Shown: positions 27,583 to 37,519 of the stretch, one piece after another | How the letters are laid out: each line of letters opens with the position of its first letter | How positions within the stretch are numbered: position 1 is the first letter of the stretch | IMG/VR virus record: IMGVR_UViG_2974580128_000001 | Origin: a virus | Lineage: Duplodnaviria; Heunggongvirae; Uroviricota; Caudoviricetes; Herelleviridae | Reading direction: 5' to 3' (one strand) | Length of the DNA: 64,000 bases | Notes under the pieces: generated by a model | Databases searched by the model: none | Seen by the model: the letters and a program-made list of their open reading frames with translations, nothing else | What the model was told of the DNA's origin: nothing | Program-made: the position numbers and the translations under genes

Positions 27583-27977
27583 CAGTTAGGTTCTTTAATA
27601 ACTTGCCACGCTCTTTTTAGTTGTTCTTCGTTGAAATGTCCAAAATGACAATCCTCTTTAGGAATACCGAGCTTACAAGCTAACACACTGTACAGCTCTC
27701 CCCTACTTATCTGTCTAGACTTCCATACAGGGTCAAATAAACTGTGACATAGTTTTTTCCATCGTTTCATAGGTGGTGTAGCTAAAATACCTAGTGGTTC
27801 TTTTGGTCTGTTCTTGTGAGTCCCTACACTTGCACCACAACCTGTACAATAATAACATTTACCATTACCGTAAACTTTCCCATATAATACTTCATTACTT
27901 GTCCAAATAACTTTAGCTCCACAGTAAGGACAGTTATCTGGTACTAACATTTTATCCATGATTTGTTCACCTCTCAT
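27573..27977 (-). CDS. zinc-finger protein
   Basis: CPYCG...CYYCTGCG; promoter at 27984-28013 upstream. Confidence 0.55.
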   Translation of the reverse strand: MRGEQIMDKMLVPDNCPYCGAKVIWTSNEVLYGKVYGNGKCYYCTGCGASVGTHKNRPKEPLGILATPPMKRWKKLCHSLFDPVWKSRQISRGELYSVLACKLGIPKEDCHFGHFNEEQLKRAWQVIKEPNWWR

Positions 27978-27983
27978 GTATAC

Positions 27984-28013
27984 AGTATACCCCTATGGTA
28001 TCAGTAAGTCAAC
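27984..28013 (-). promoter_or_regulatory. minus-strand sigma-A-type promoter (TTGACT-17-TATACT)
   Basis: plus text agtata...aagtcaacac. Confidence 0.55.
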
Positions 28014-28049
28014 ACTTTTTTACAAAAAAAGAACAGCATTTCTGCTGTC

Positions 28050-28253
28050 CTAAAAATCACACCAATCATCTTTATCATAAGAATCATCTGTGTATTGTTC
28101 TTTACCTTTAATGTTCTTAACATTAACATGCTCGTCTTCCTCTGGTTGCTCTTCTTTGTTTTTCTTGACGAAGTAGTAACCAATAGAGAAAGCTATACCC
28201 CCAAGCAACAGTATAATAAGAGCGATAAAGAATTTAGCAATGAAGAATCCCAT
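28050..28253 (-). CDS. small membrane protein downstream of the SPFH gene (NfeD-like position)
   Basis: 67 aa, N-terminal TM segment, ATGA-coupled to 28253..29110. Confidence 0.45.
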   Translation of the reverse strand: MGFFIAKFFIALIILLLGGIAFSIGYYFVKKNKEEQPEEDEHVNVKNIKGKEQYTDDSYDKDDWCDF

Positions 28254-29110
28254 TACTTGTCAGTGTCCACGATTGCTTGTCCGTCACCGATTGTAGTAGT
28301 AACCCAACCGTGTTCCTTACGAGCTTGTGCTTCTTCGTAACGAACTAATTCATCCGTAACAGATTCTGCAATTTTCTTGTTAGCTTCTGCTTGTGCATTA
28401 GCTTTATCTCTAATAGCTTGGGCTTCTGCTTGGGCTTTCAAAGTAACTTTTGTAGCCTCAGTTTCTGCTTGTGTTTTTTGAGTTTTAGCATCTAACTCAG
28501 CTTTTTTAGCTTCTTGTCCTGAACGGATGATTGCATCAATTGATTTTTGTGTTTCTGGGTCAACGTCAGGTACACCTACCGTTACGTTTTCAACTAAGAA
28601 ACCTTTACCTTCAACTGAATCAGAGAAACGAGCTAACACTTCTCCCTCAACCTCAGAAGACTTACCTGAAAGAACATCTAGTAAGCTGTACTTAGAGTAA
28701 ACTTCACGAGCAGTCTTTTGTAGACGAGATTTCAACCAACCTTTTTCAATGTCCTCAGATGTTACGTTACCGAACTCTTTGTACATTTTAGTTGCTTGTT
28801 TAGGGTCTACTTTGTAGTCATACTTAATGTTAACTACAGTTTTCTTACCGTCAGATGTAGAAACCGCAACATCTTTAGCTTGGATAGTTTGTAAACGGAT
28901 TGGGTATTGTGTTACTTTATCAATACCTACCCATTTAACACCGGGCTGTAATGCTTCGGATTTAACACCACCGTTAGGTGAGAAACGTACACCTACATAA
29001 CCGTTGTCGATTCGTTCGAAGAAACGGAAAGCACCGATTGTACCTCCAATCAATAAAATAACTGCAACCACTCCGGCTACGACTAGGCGTTTAAACGTCT
29101 TCTCGGTCAT
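28253..29110 (-). CDS. SPFH / band-7 domain membrane protein
   Basis: N-terminal TM segment, then GYVGVRF...core and a long Ala/Glu/Lys/Gln-rich coiled-coil tail typical of prohibitin/HflKC/YqiK-like proteins. Confidence 0.7.
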   Translation of the reverse strand: MTEKTFKRLVVAGVVAVILLIGGTIGAFRFFERIDNGYVGVRFSPNGGVKSEALQPGVKWVGIDKVTQYPIRLQTIQAKDVAVSTSDGKKTVVNIKYDYKVDPKQATKMYKEFGNVTSEDIEKGWLKSRLQKTAREVYSKYSLLDVLSGKSSEVEGEVLARFSDSVEGKGFLVENVTVGVPDVDPETQKSIDAIIRSGQEAKKAELDAKTQKTQAETEATKVTLKAQAEAQAIRDKANAQAEANKKIAESVTDELVRYEEAQARKEHGWVTTTIGDGQAIVDTDK

Positions 29111-29168
29111 AAAAATAATTCCTCCAATATTTAGTTTTTTATGTGTAAGTTTTCCCCTTACAAATAGT

Positions 29169-29197
29169 AGTATACCTTACACTGTATAACAAGTCAA
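29169..29197 (-). promoter_or_regulatory. minus-strand sigma-A-type promoter (TTGACT-17-TATACT)
   Basis: plus text agtata...aagtcaacaa upstream of the SPFH gene. Confidence 0.55.
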
Positions 29198-29207
29198 CAA
29201 CTTTTTT

Positions 29208-29861
29208 TTATTTTCTTGTGGAAAATAATTTAATGGGTGTATGGTCTTCCCCTTCAAGATACTTACCATCTTCCCACAAGACCACTGAGCCTTTCTCTAG
29301 GCTTCTCTGCACATCAAGGATACGTTGATTCCATGAACCGCGGAAAACAAGGTTAGGGTTGAATTTATCCTGCTCAAAACGACCATCTACTAGTACATCT
29401 ACGTAAGATAATAATTCAAGCTTATCTTCCCAGTTTTCAGCGTTAGAATCCGTAAGCTCTTCAAAGGTATAACCTGACCATGACCAGATTGTTTTACCTG
29501 TTAGCTCTGATTTAATACGTTTAGCTAAGGGCAGTAATACTTGCGTGTTTAAAAATGGTTCTCCACCCAATAGTGTGAGTCCTTCGCAATAATCTTGTGC
29601 AATATCTTTAAGAATTTGGTCTTCTACTTCTTGGGTGTAATCTTTACCCCAACTAAAGTTTTGCGCCTTTTTATTGTAACATCCTAAACAATTAAACGGA
29701 CAACCAGAGACGTAGATGCTTCCACGTACCCCGATACCGTCTACCATTACAGGAAATTTATAATCAGCATATTTACCCTTAGACAGTCTTTCTGCTGTCC
29801 ATGTCATTGGGTCTTTACTCATCTGTATTTCCCTCTTTCTTAACATGTAACCCTTCGTCAT
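29208..29861 (-). CDS. nrdG: anaerobic ribonucleotide reductase activating protein (radical SAM)
   Basis: CPFNCLGCYN = CxxxCxxC radical-SAM cluster motif; size and context with nrdD. Confidence 0.75.
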   Translation of the reverse strand: MTKGYMLRKREIQMSKDPMTWTAERLSKGKYADYKFPVMVDGIGVRGSIYVSGCPFNCLGCYNKKAQNFSWGKDYTQEVEDQILKDIAQDYCEGLTLLGGEPFLNTQVLLPLAKRIKSELTGKTIWSWSGYTFEELTDSNAENWEDKLELLSYVDVLVDGRFEQDKFNPNLVFRGSWNQRILDVQRSLEKGSVVLWEDGKYLEGEDHTPIKLFSTRK

Positions 29862-30108
29862 AACCTGATTGAGTGAACTTAGCTTGACAAATTGAACACT
29901 TGTAAGCCTTGTACCCTAAATTATTATAGGGTTTTACTTGGTCTTCACCGTCTTCATCTTGGTGTGTACATGCTTTTTGTAATGCCTTTAATACTTCATT
30001 TCGTTGCTTGATTAATCGCTCTTTCTTTGCTAAATGTCTGTGCTCTTCATGTAAAATCGCAGACTCTGCAATAGCTAAAAGATTTTGTAAAGAGGAAGCT
30101 GTACTCAT
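29815..30108 (-). CDS. hypothetical protein
   Basis: 97-aa ORF coupled between the ThyA-like gene and nrdG. Confidence 0.45.
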   Translation of the reverse strand: MSTASSLQNLLAIAESAILHEEHRHLAKKERLIKQRNEVLKALQKACTHQDEDGEDQVKPYNNLGYKAYKCSICQAKFTQSGYDEGLHVKKEGNTDE

Positions 30109-31070
30109 TAAATTGCCACCTCATAATTAAATCTTCCGTTATGTTTATAATCTTCAACCTTAAGTTTAGATAATGAGCATTCAAAGAAATTAGCCGTATC
30201 GTCTATTTCCCAAGGAAGAACCAATTTAGGTTCCGCATTTAGCACTTCGTCTGACATAGGAGCAGTTACCTGTTTGATTGCTTGTTCTATGTGACGGTCG
30301 TAGATATGTGCATTATCAATATTCCAGAACATTGTACCCAACTCTAAGCCAGATACCTTAGCCATAACTACATGTAACGCATGATACTGCAATACATTGA
30401 ATGGCAATCCTAAGCACACATCCGCACTGCGTTGCTTAACGTGTAAGTTCAACTTACCGCCCTGTACTGTCCAGTGAGTAGCCCATACACAAGGTTCTAA
30501 TGCCATTTCATCTAAGTCTTCCACATCCCATAGAGTTGTCATAATTCTACGAGAACTTCGATTGTATTTTAGTTGATATAGAATAGTTTCTACCTGATTA
30601 AACTTAACGTAGCACTTATAGTCTTTTGTTTCAGGGTTAACATCAACCATAATATCCTCTTCGGGAAAAAAGTCTTCCGGATAAGCTACATAAAATTCAT
30701 TATTCATGTCTAGTTGCACTTTACGTTTTTTATTGCGTAACTGCCAACCATAAGCTTTTCCGATTGTTCCATCTTCTTGTTCCCATTCATCCCAAATAGT
30801 CACTCCACGTTCTTGTAACCACTTGACATCATTAGACATTGCTTGCCAAATCCACTCTAATTCTGTAAATGCCCACTTAGAGCCTACAAATTTACTCTTA
30901 AGAATTGGCAGTCCCATGTCTGGTGTAATTTCAAAGCTTACACCTTCAATTGCATATGCAGGAGCAGGTTCCCCATCTTCATAGTGTGCTCGTACTTCAT
31001 CGGGGTTTTGCAAAATACCTTTTTCTTTGATGGCTAACACAAGGTCAGCATAAATTTTATCAAAACTCAT
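30108..31070 (-). CDS. thymidylate synthase (ThyA) family enzyme; thymidylate synthase or dUMP hydroxymethylase
   Basis: core matches ThyA by eye (LEPCVWATHW catalytic Cys region; QRSADVCLGLPFNVLQYHALHVVMA); substrate/product not decidable from sequence. Confidence 0.75.
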   Translation of the reverse strand: MSFDKIYADLVLAIKEKGILQNPDEVRAHYEDGEPAPAYAIEGVSFEITPDMGLPILKSKFVGSKWAFTELEWIWQAMSNDVKWLQERGVTIWDEWEQEDGTIGKAYGWQLRNKKRKVQLDMNNEFYVAYPEDFFPEEDIMVDVNPETKDYKCYVKFNQVETILYQLKYNRSSRRIMTTLWDVEDLDEMALEPCVWATHWTVQGGKLNLHVKQRSADVCLGLPFNVLQYHALHVVMAKVSGLELGTMFWNIDNAHIYDRHIEQAIKQVTAPMSDEVLNAEPKLVLPWEIDDTANFFECSLSKLKVEDYKHNGRFNYEVAI

Positions 31071-31085
31071 GTGTGTTCTCCTTTT

Positions 31086-31715
31086 CTATGTTCGTCTAAC
31101 TATATTGATAGAGTCTGTATACCCATTTCTTCGTACCCACTCTGTATAACTGTTGTGCTCTTCTTGCGCAATTGCTTTTAAAGAACCGTACCACTTCTTG
31201 ACTTCTTCCCGTTTTTTACGTTTGAATACTAATGATTTGTTTTTATCTATGACATTGATAATCTTACTTACTCCACCAGTATTATCTATAAGCATTAATC
31301 GGGAAATAGTGGGTTTTGGAGGAAATAACTTTTTGCATCCCTTACACAACTCCTCCGGCTCTTTTTTCCTACCCAGTGCACTCAAATCTGGTAGCGTTCT
31401 ACCACAACGTATACACTCAGTTCCATAAGCCTGCTCAAAATATTGTGCATTAATACGAGGAAACTTTTGCGTAAGTCTTAGATTAGTTGGGGGTGTTTTA
31501 ACTCTTTTTCTTAGTACTGTTTTGTTTTTCTTAACCCTAACACTAACTGAGTCATTACCATCAAAATTAAAAGAAAAACTAATTGTTCCAGAGGGGCTAA
31601 TTACCGGAGTAACTACATTGCGTTCTTCTCGGTCTGCTAACACCCGAACATCTGTTATACGTTTACGTCTTTTCTTTGTGAATAAACGTCCTCGTGTGTA
31701 GTCTATACCTTGCAT
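31086..31715 (-). CDS. hypothetical protein with CxxC zinc motifs
   Basis: 209 aa; CIRCG...CKGCKK. Confidence 0.5.
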   Translation of the reverse strand: MQGIDYTRGRLFTKKRRKRITDVRVLADREERNVVTPVISPSGTISFSFNFDGNDSVSVRVKKNKTVLRKRVKTPPTNLRLTQKFPRINAQYFEQAYGTECIRCGRTLPDLSALGRKKEPEELCKGCKKLFPPKPTISRLMLIDNTGGVSKIINVIDKNKSLVFKRKKREEVKKWYGSLKAIAQEEHNSYTEWVRRNGYTDSINIVRRT

Positions 31716-31716
31716 A

Positions 31717-32466
31717 TTACAAACCTAGCCATGAACGCACTTTACTGAAAGGGGGTTTCTTTTCAGGTTCCTTGTACTCAGAGTTTGTACGTTTTAATTT
31801 ATCATTGTAGTTATCTGCAAGTGTTAACAATTCATCAGGATTTACTGTTTCACAATAAAAAGCAATCTCTTCCCCAGTTAGCTCTCTATTTTCTTCAATC
31901 AATTTATCAAGAGTCAAATCGCAATACTCATCTTCCCAGTCAGCTAAGAAGTACATACGTTCCATGACATAATCTGATGTTTCATCTAAGAATATACCAA
32001 ATAGAATTGGGTCTTTATCTCGATTATCTTTTGCTACTTGTTGACCTACTTCATCTGTATAGTCTGTAAACATGATAACTAAGCGGTCAAATTTATCTTG
32101 TACACGTTCGATTACAGGAACAACTTCATCTGGAATTTCACGAGGGAAATCTTTGAGGTCAGCTAGTTTAACTGAACGATTTTCCACATTTTCAATAAAG
32201 TTTTCAATATCTTCTGAATACACAAAAGTTGTAATGCCCATATCTCGAATTTCTTTTTCTAATTGGATTGTTCTAATATGATGGCGTAATAAGGAAATCT
32301 GTCTATCTTGCTTTGTTTTAACTGCCTTTTCTAACATACGTAATGCGTTTGCGTAATAACGGTCTAAGTCGGCATCTTGATTTTCCTTTTTATTTTGCTT
32401 TACTCGTTCGAAAAACTCTGTAGGTGATAGTTCTTCTAATGGTTTCGTTGTTAAGTTTTCAGTCAT
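31717..32466 (-). CDS. hypothetical acidic protein
   Basis: ORF track 31717..32535; internal ATG 32466 preceded by RBS aggagg and promoter at 32504-32532. Confidence 0.5.
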   Translation of the reverse strand: MTENLTTKPLEELSPTEFFERVKQNKKENQDADLDRYYANALRMLEKAVKTKQDRQISLLRHHIRTIQLEKEIRDMGITTFVYSEDIENFIENVENRSVKLADLKDFPREIPDEVVPVIERVQDKFDRLVIMFTDYTDEVGQQVAKDNRDKDPILFGIFLDETSDYVMERMYFLADWEDEYCDLTLDKLIEENRELTGEEIAFYCETVNPDELLTLADNYNDKLKRTNSEYKEPEKKPPFSKVRSWLGL

Positions 32467-32503
32467 GATACATCCTCCTAAAAAAATATTCCTTACAGGA
32501 AAT

Positions 32504-32532
32504 AATATATCACCTGTAAGGAATAAAGTCAA
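32504..32532 (-). promoter_or_regulatory. minus-strand sigma-A-type promoter (TTGACT-17-TATATT)
   Basis: plus text aatata...aagtcaacac. Confidence 0.5.
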
Positions 32533-32539
32533 CACTATA

Positions 32540-33007
32540 TTAAAAAATTGTTGTAAGCATTTGACTGTGGTCTAACGCTAGAACAGCATCCCCAGTAACA
32601 CGCCCATCACGGTATAGAATAATTGTAGTATCATCGGTTGAGATGTCTACTTTAGCCTCGTGAGAGGTGATGGTAAACCATACGTAATCACTGTCAGATT
32701 CGTCTTCCTTACGTTCAGCATCTGACCGCATTTGAGCTATATACATTTGTGCAAGATTATGCCCAGAAGGGTCTCTATTAGGGTCTCCAAACACTGTAGA
32801 TGGACTAATACCTTCTTCTTGTCCGTCTAATGAAACTGTTTCTAAAATACTCTCAGCAAGCATATTAGGGGTATCTGTGGCTCCTAAAAAAGCGTTAGGT
32901 AACTCATATACACCTTCTTGAACTCGGTGTAGTAAAATAGTAGCACCTACTTCTAATTGGTTTCTTAATACAACTAAAGAAACGTTAAATCCTACTTTTT
33001 CAATCAT
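32540..33007 (-). CDS. hypothetical protein with degenerate Nudix-like segment
   Basis: G.Y.LPNA...AESILETVSL loosely resembles a Nudix box but lacks the conserved Glu residues; start at internal ATG 33007 after RBS ggagga. Confidence 0.3.
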   Translation of the reverse strand: MIEKVGFNVSLVVLRNQLEVGATILLHRVQEGVYELPNAFLGATDTPNMLAESILETVSLDGQEEGISPSTVFGDPNRDPSGHNLAQMYIAQMRSDAERKEDESDSDYVWFTITSHEAKVDISTDDTTIILYRDGRVTGDAVLALDHSQMLTTIF

Positions 33008-33269
33008 GTTCTTTCCTCCATTTTTCCATTTCATTTATTTTATCAGGCAATATTCTTCTTGTTAAACAACCTGTAGTACTTACATGAAGCCTTTGAACTC
33101 CATTATTTTTGCCTAGAACTTCGTCTGCTTTCTTATAGAGCATGTCTGTATGTTTTGGACAAGCTATCTCATTAAAAGATGCTCCGTTATCTGCTACACT
33201 TACAATCCCGTTTGCACAGAATCGACTACGACAACCTATACATTCATTCGCTAGTTTCTTCATGAGCAA
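33000..33269 (-). CDS. cysteine-rich small protein
   Basis: CIGCRSRFC...C...C. Confidence 0.45.
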   Translation of the reverse strand: MLMKKLANECIGCRSRFCANGIVSVADNGASFNEIACPKHTDMLYKKADEVLGKNNGVQRLHVSTTGCLTRRILPDKINEMEKWRKEHD

Positions 33270-33573
33270 CCTCCCACTCTGTGGCTTCCCTTAACTGTAG
33301 CTGTCTAGCTTCTTCTAAAGGACTGATGTAATCAGGTAGCTCATCTACCGGTGTAAAACGTTTTGTCCCGTCTTCAAGTATACCATAAAAATGGTCTGCC
33401 GGACGTGCAAAAACTGTGTTAGCATTTGGTGAATAAGGGTTAGGATACATTCTTCGATACAATACTAACTGCTCCCCAGTCTCTGTATGAAGTACATCAT
33501 CATATTCTAGTGTAGCATAATAAGCACCCTTATAATGACGAAACCACGTTCCGGCTCTATGCTTATATTCCAT
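33244..33573 (-). CDS. DUF1653-like protein
   Basis: RHYKGAYY motif typical of DUF1653. Confidence 0.45.
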   Translation of the reverse strand: MEYKHRAGTWFRHYKGAYYATLEYDDVLHTETGEQLVLYRRMYPNPYSPNANTVFARPADHFYGILEDGTKRFTPVDELPDYISPLEEARQLQLREATEWEVAHEETSE

Positions 33574-33577
33574 TCCT

Positions 33578-33605
33578 CTTCCCCCTCCCTAAAGAAAAGC
33601 TAGCA
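33578..33605 (-). terminator. minus-strand intrinsic terminator after the pnuC-like gene
   Basis: minus-strand agagctagcctagtgctagct hairpin followed by tttcttt. Confidence 0.5.
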
Positions 33606-34349
33606 CTAGGCTAGCTCTTTATTTTTACCTTTGGTTAATTTACCACTTTCATCATACCACGCATAGATGGCAGTTACAACATTTGTTTGATATAAAACAT
33701 CTCTAATTGCAAACCAGTAGTTACCAGAACCGAAATCTAGTAAGAACCAGAAGAAGTTACTTGCAAACCATCCCCACCATGAAAAGTCAATTCGCATAAT
33801 CATTAAGAATTGAGATACGATTCCTAGCAAGTAAGCAATAATGTTACCCCAATACATGATGTTACCCATTAGGGAACCATCTGTAGTAAAGCCAATTTTA
33901 TCTCCGTACATAATTAAGACAATTAAACCTACAATTGTAAATGCTAAAGTAAATACTACCCAAAAAGCGTTCATCTTACCTACTTTAATACGCCCATCTT
34001 CATCTTGATTGGATTCTTTTGTCCACTCTTTTAACCCGATAATGTGTGTAATACCGTAGTAAATACCTGCAAAAGCCAAACCGAAATTCCCAAACATAGT
34101 ATTAATAATAATTTCACCAACGTTAGAACTAATACCTAAGATATTCCCCATTTTAGGATAACGGTCTGCTAAAGATACCACACAAGGTACACCTAAACAG
34201 TACGCTGTGATATAAAATAACCAGTTAGTTTTATCTGACCAGTCAGTGACAAACACCCCCACAACCAGTCCCAGTACCACCAAAGTGATTGCGTACTGTT
34301 TGCGCCACTTCCCATTAGCTAGTGAAATATTGTCCATAAATGTTTTCAT
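33606..34349 (-). CDS. pnuC: PnuC-like nicotinamide riboside transporter (copy 2)
   Basis: polytopic membrane protein with two PnuC-like repeats rich in W/Y (..SWWGWFASNFFW..AIYAWYDE); internal ATG chosen at 34349, overlapping the nadR-like stop. Confidence 0.5.
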   Translation of the reverse strand: MKTFMDNISLANGKWRKQYAITLVVLGLVVGVFVTDWSDKTNWLFYITAYCLGVPCVVSLADRYPKMGNILGISSNVGEIIINTMFGNFGLAFAGIYYGITHIIGLKEWTKESNQDEDGRIKVGKMNAFWVVFTLAFTIVGLIVLIMYGDKIGFTTDGSLMGNIMYWGNIIAYLLGIVSQFLMIMRIDFSWWGWFASNFFWFLLDFGSGNYWFAIRDVLYQTNVVTAIYAWYDESGKLTKGKNKELA

Positions 34350-34350
34350 A

Positions 34351-35478
34351 TTATTTCTCCTCCTTGTTAGTCCAAATTTCGTCCACATATAATTGCAATG
34401 TATCAACTGTAGTTCCTTCTAGGTACTTTTCGATAATTTTCTTGCAAAGTTCATAACGAGTTTCATAATCACTCGCAGTTACTTCCACATATGGGATATG
34501 ATTCTCTGCGTATAATTTCTTCAACAGGTTTTGGAAGTCTTGTCTACGTTTTTCATCACCGATTAAACGCATACCATCATCTACCCATTTAGTCGAATTA
34601 TCTAGCAAAATAACCAAGTCAAAGCGGTCATTGTCAATCTTATCTTGTACAGATGGATGGGGTTTTCCTTCATACGTAATACAAAAGGCTTGTGTAGCTA
34701 CGTAGTCTGTATCTGAAATAGTAAATCTATTAGCATTACGTCTTGCAAATCTAACATCTTGATAGTGACCATTAGCAATTGCTTGGTAGTCACTGTACTG
34801 TAACGCACTCTCATCTCCGCCTAATTCAAGTTCACAGTAGTTACGACCGTATTCCCAAACAGTCGTAGTAGCAAAGTAGTTACCTAGCTTATCTACCATC
34901 AAAGTTTTACCACTAGACTCTCCTCCTGCAATTACAATTGTAGGAGCCAATGCTTCCCGGCTAGCACGAGGTAGATAGTCCCAGTACTTAATAGGGTTGT
35001 TACGTACTTTTGTTGCACTAATGTTAACATTAGAACGCTCTGGGTCTACTAACGTAGTAGGACAGCCAAAGTATTTTTGGTACCCTTCCGCATCCTGTGG
35101 TTCACTTGAAAAGAAGGTTGCTTCTTCCCAATCAAAACCTCTTTCAGCCAACACACGATTACCTGTTACAGTCTCTTTCACAAGGTTTGCCCATGCTTCC
35201 CATCCGTTAGGATACTCTGGAATGCTTGATTCATCTACGAGTACAGGAATGATAATATCTCGTTGAACTTGAAAAGTCTTTTGAACAATTCGTAGTTTGT
35301 CTCGTGCTGTTAGTGGACGTTTCATGTTAGAATCCATGTATAAACGGTCATCTCTACTGTCTGAGTGGCTTACCACTACAACAAGAGTCTCTACTTGTGT
35401 GCTTGCTTTTTGAATCATATCTACATGTCCTTTGTGTAAGGGATAGAATTTCCCAACTACTACTCCGAACTTTTTCAT
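34351..35478 (-). CDS. nadR: bifunctional NMN adenylyltransferase / ribosylnicotinamide kinase (NadR-like)
   Basis: N-terminal GKFYPLHKGH (HxGH nucleotidyltransferase motif) and C-terminal P-loop GGESSGKT kinase domain. Confidence 0.75.
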   Translation of the reverse strand: MKKFGVVVGKFYPLHKGHVDMIQKASTQVETLVVVVSHSDSRDDRLYMDSNMKRPLTARDKLRIVQKTFQVQRDIIIPVLVDESSIPEYPNGWEAWANLVKETVTGNRVLAERGFDWEEATFFSSEPQDAEGYQKYFGCPTTLVDPERSNVNISATKVRNNPIKYWDYLPRASREALAPTIVIAGGESSGKTLMVDKLGNYFATTTVWEYGRNYCELELGGDESALQYSDYQAIANGHYQDVRFARRNANRFTISDTDYVATQAFCITYEGKPHPSVQDKIDNDRFDLVILLDNSTKWVDDGMRLIGDEKRRQDFQNLLKKLYAENHIPYVEVTASDYETRYELCKKIIEKYLEGTTVDTLQLYVDEIWTNKEEK

Positions 35479-35532
35479 ACCTTATTCCTCCTTTTAGGTA
35501 TTTTTTACTATAATTAATTATACCACACTTTA

Positions 35533-36270
35533 CTAGTTATTTTCAATATAAAAATAGCCATAAATTAAACCAATTGTTAGTGCAATCCACCCGATAACAA
35601 TTAATATCGTAGAAAGGATTCCTTTAGACAATTTGGACTCAACAAATTTATCATATGCAGTATAAGAAACGTTAATAGCGCTGTCTTTACCTCTAACTGA
35701 CTGTAACCCATTTTCACTAGCATCCGCAAGGAAAGTTAAATGTAACTTCTTAGGTACGCCATAGTAGGTAATACGTACATCTGATGATAAGTACTTAGTA
35801 GTTATATACTTGCCATCGAACCCAGTAAACTTGTTAAAATCGTATATATGGTCGTGTACTTTAACTTTATCAACCTGTTTAGTTTTAGAACCATAGTACA
35901 CCCATTCCCAGTAAGTTTCTGTTTTAGTTTTTGTGTTACCTTTCTCGTCTACATAACTAACTGTTCTAGTCCGCATCTCATAGTGTTCCTCTTCTGCAAC
36001 AACTTTCATGTATTCTCCACCAATACGAGGAAACGTTACTGGTTTTATTGCTATGAAATCACTATGCGTATAAAAGATACCTTGTTGTGTATCTAACACG
36101 TAATCATACGTTTCTTTATCATCTGCCGGAATAGCGGTTTCGTACATTTGATTCGATTTTATCCGGTTCTCTTCTACTTTTCCATGTACCCATATTCCTA
36201 GTAAACTAGTTAAGGTAACAATTAGCATAGGAATAATGATGAACCGGATTCTACCGTCCACCCGTATCAT
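35533..36270 (-). CDS. membrane-anchored protein (N- and C-terminal TM segments)
   Basis: 245 aa; hydrophobic ends. Confidence 0.5.
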   Translation of the reverse strand: MIRVDGRIRFIIIPMLIVTLTSLLGIWVHGKVEENRIKSNQMYETAIPADDKETYDYVLDTQQGIFYTHSDFIAIKPVTFPRIGGEYMKVVAEEEHYEMRTRTVSYVDEKGNTKTKTETYWEWVYYGSKTKQVDKVKVHDHIYDFNKFTGFDGKYITTKYLSSDVRITYYGVPKKLHLTFLADASENGLQSVRGKDSAINVSYTAYDKFVESKLSKGILSTILIVIGWIALTIGLIYGYFYIENN

Positions 36271-36815
36271 TTGCTAAACAGGTCTGTATGACCTTTAGGC
36301 TCCACAGGGATTGTTAACAATTCATAATCTTGTACTTCATACCCTTGCAGTGCAAGTAACTTACGATTTAAGAAAGTTCTAGTAAATCGTTTATAGTCTG
36401 AAATTTGTCGGTTATAAGCTTTACGATGACTAGCAACTCGATTCTCTGTAATACTGAACTCCTTCATTGCTTGTTTGTAATTATCCTGTGATTTAAGTTC
36501 TGGATACTTTTCGACTACTGCATTTAAAGTCGTTTTAGCTGAGTCTACTTTACCAGTTTCTGCTTGTTGTCTTGCTTTAACAATAAGCTCTAATGTACTC
36601 TTTTCGTAGTTATTATAGCTCTCAATAGCATCTACTAAATTTTGAAACAAATCTACTCGTCTGTTTTCCTCAGTATTTAAATCACCATAGGCTTGCTCAA
36701 TAGATACTTCGTAACTGATAGCTCTATTTTCTACATGTTTTACTCCAAAAAATGTAACAATACCTAATAATAAAACCCCTACTAGTGAAATAATAATTGT
36801 ATTCGCTTTACCCAT
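36267..36815 (-). CDS. LemA-family membrane protein
   Basis: N-terminal TM segment, then a helical domain with the LemA-like pattern. Confidence 0.6.
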   Translation of the reverse strand: MGKANTIIISLVGVLLLGIVTFFGVKHVENRAISYEVSIEQAYGDLNTEENRRVDLFQNLVDAIESYNNYEKSTLELIVKARQQAETGKVDSAKTTLNAVVEKYPELKSQDNYKQAMKEFSITENRVASHRKAYNRQISDYKRFTRTFLNRKLLALQGYEVQDYELLTIPVEPKGHTDLFSK

Positions 36816-37185
36816 GTGCTTTTCCTCCTAAGAACTGTTTAAGAATTTCTCTCCAATTGACATATTCTGTTGTATGTCCTTTGTCATCAATGTAAACATC
36901 TGCACCAAGCTTACGGCTGTTATTACCATATGCTTTCATCAAATCTGGATGATTCTCATTGATGTAGTGATAGTTAATACCACATTCTGCCAAAAACCTT
37001 TTTGCTTGTTCTAACTCTTCGCCTTCACGACATGTCCATATAAGAATTTGTTTTCCTGACTTGTATAGGCTGTTAATCACTTCTTTTGCATGTGGTTGTA
37101 GCCCTACAATATTTGGAAATTCACTTCTTACAATAGTGTCATCAAAGTCGATAGCTATGTATTTGCACTTTGATAAATCTTTCAT
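36808..37185 (-). CDS. HAD-superfamily phosphatase (5'-nucleotidase-like)
   Basis: motif I IAIDFDDTIV and a distal DD motif. Confidence 0.6.
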   Translation of the reverse strand: MKDLSKCKYIAIDFDDTIVRSEFPNIVGLQPHAKEVINSLYKSGKQILIWTCREGEELEQAKRFLAECGINYHYINENHPDLMKAYGNNSRKLGADVYIDDKGHTTEYVNWREILKQFLGGKAHG

Positions 37186-37236
37186 TTGTTTCTCCTTTCA
37201 AATAAAAAAGGTATACCCTTCTTTGCTACAAGAAGA

Positions 37237-37265
37237 AGTATACCTTATGAGTATCACTAAGTCAA
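37237..37265 (-). promoter_or_regulatory. minus-strand sigma-A-type promoter (TTGACT-17-TATACT)
   Basis: plus text agtata...aagtcaacac upstream of the HAD phosphatase gene. Confidence 0.55.
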
Positions 37266-37279
37266 CACTATCTTACAAA

Positions 37280-37519
37280 TTATTTGTAAGAATTTTTTAT
37301 TTCTTTGATTTTTCCCATTTGTACGCCCGTAAAACTAATACCTGTAGATGTTTCTACGTAAGGTAATGAAGTTACGGACTTACTAACTAAATAATCTCTG
37401 GCTGTTGGGTCTTCATCAATGTTTCGTTCTTCAAAGAGAATTTTCTCCCCTTCAAGCATACGTTTCACGAATGTACACTGACCACAACCATTTTTTGAGT
37501 AGACTGTTACTTTAGGCAT
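37280..37519 (-). CDS. nrdH: NrdH/glutaredoxin-like redoxin
   Basis: 79 aa; CGQC active-site motif in a thioredoxin-fold context. Confidence 0.7.
   Translation of the reverse strand: MPKVTVYSKNGCGQCTFVKRMLEGEKILFEERNIDEDPTARDYLVSKSVTSLPYVETSTGISFTGVQMGKIKEIKNSYK

Noticed and set aside
32540-33007. Calling 32540..33007 a functional Nudix hydrolase
   Set aside because: Only a loose resemblance to the Nudix fold; the Nudix-box glutamates are not conserved. Reported as a low-confidence feature only.
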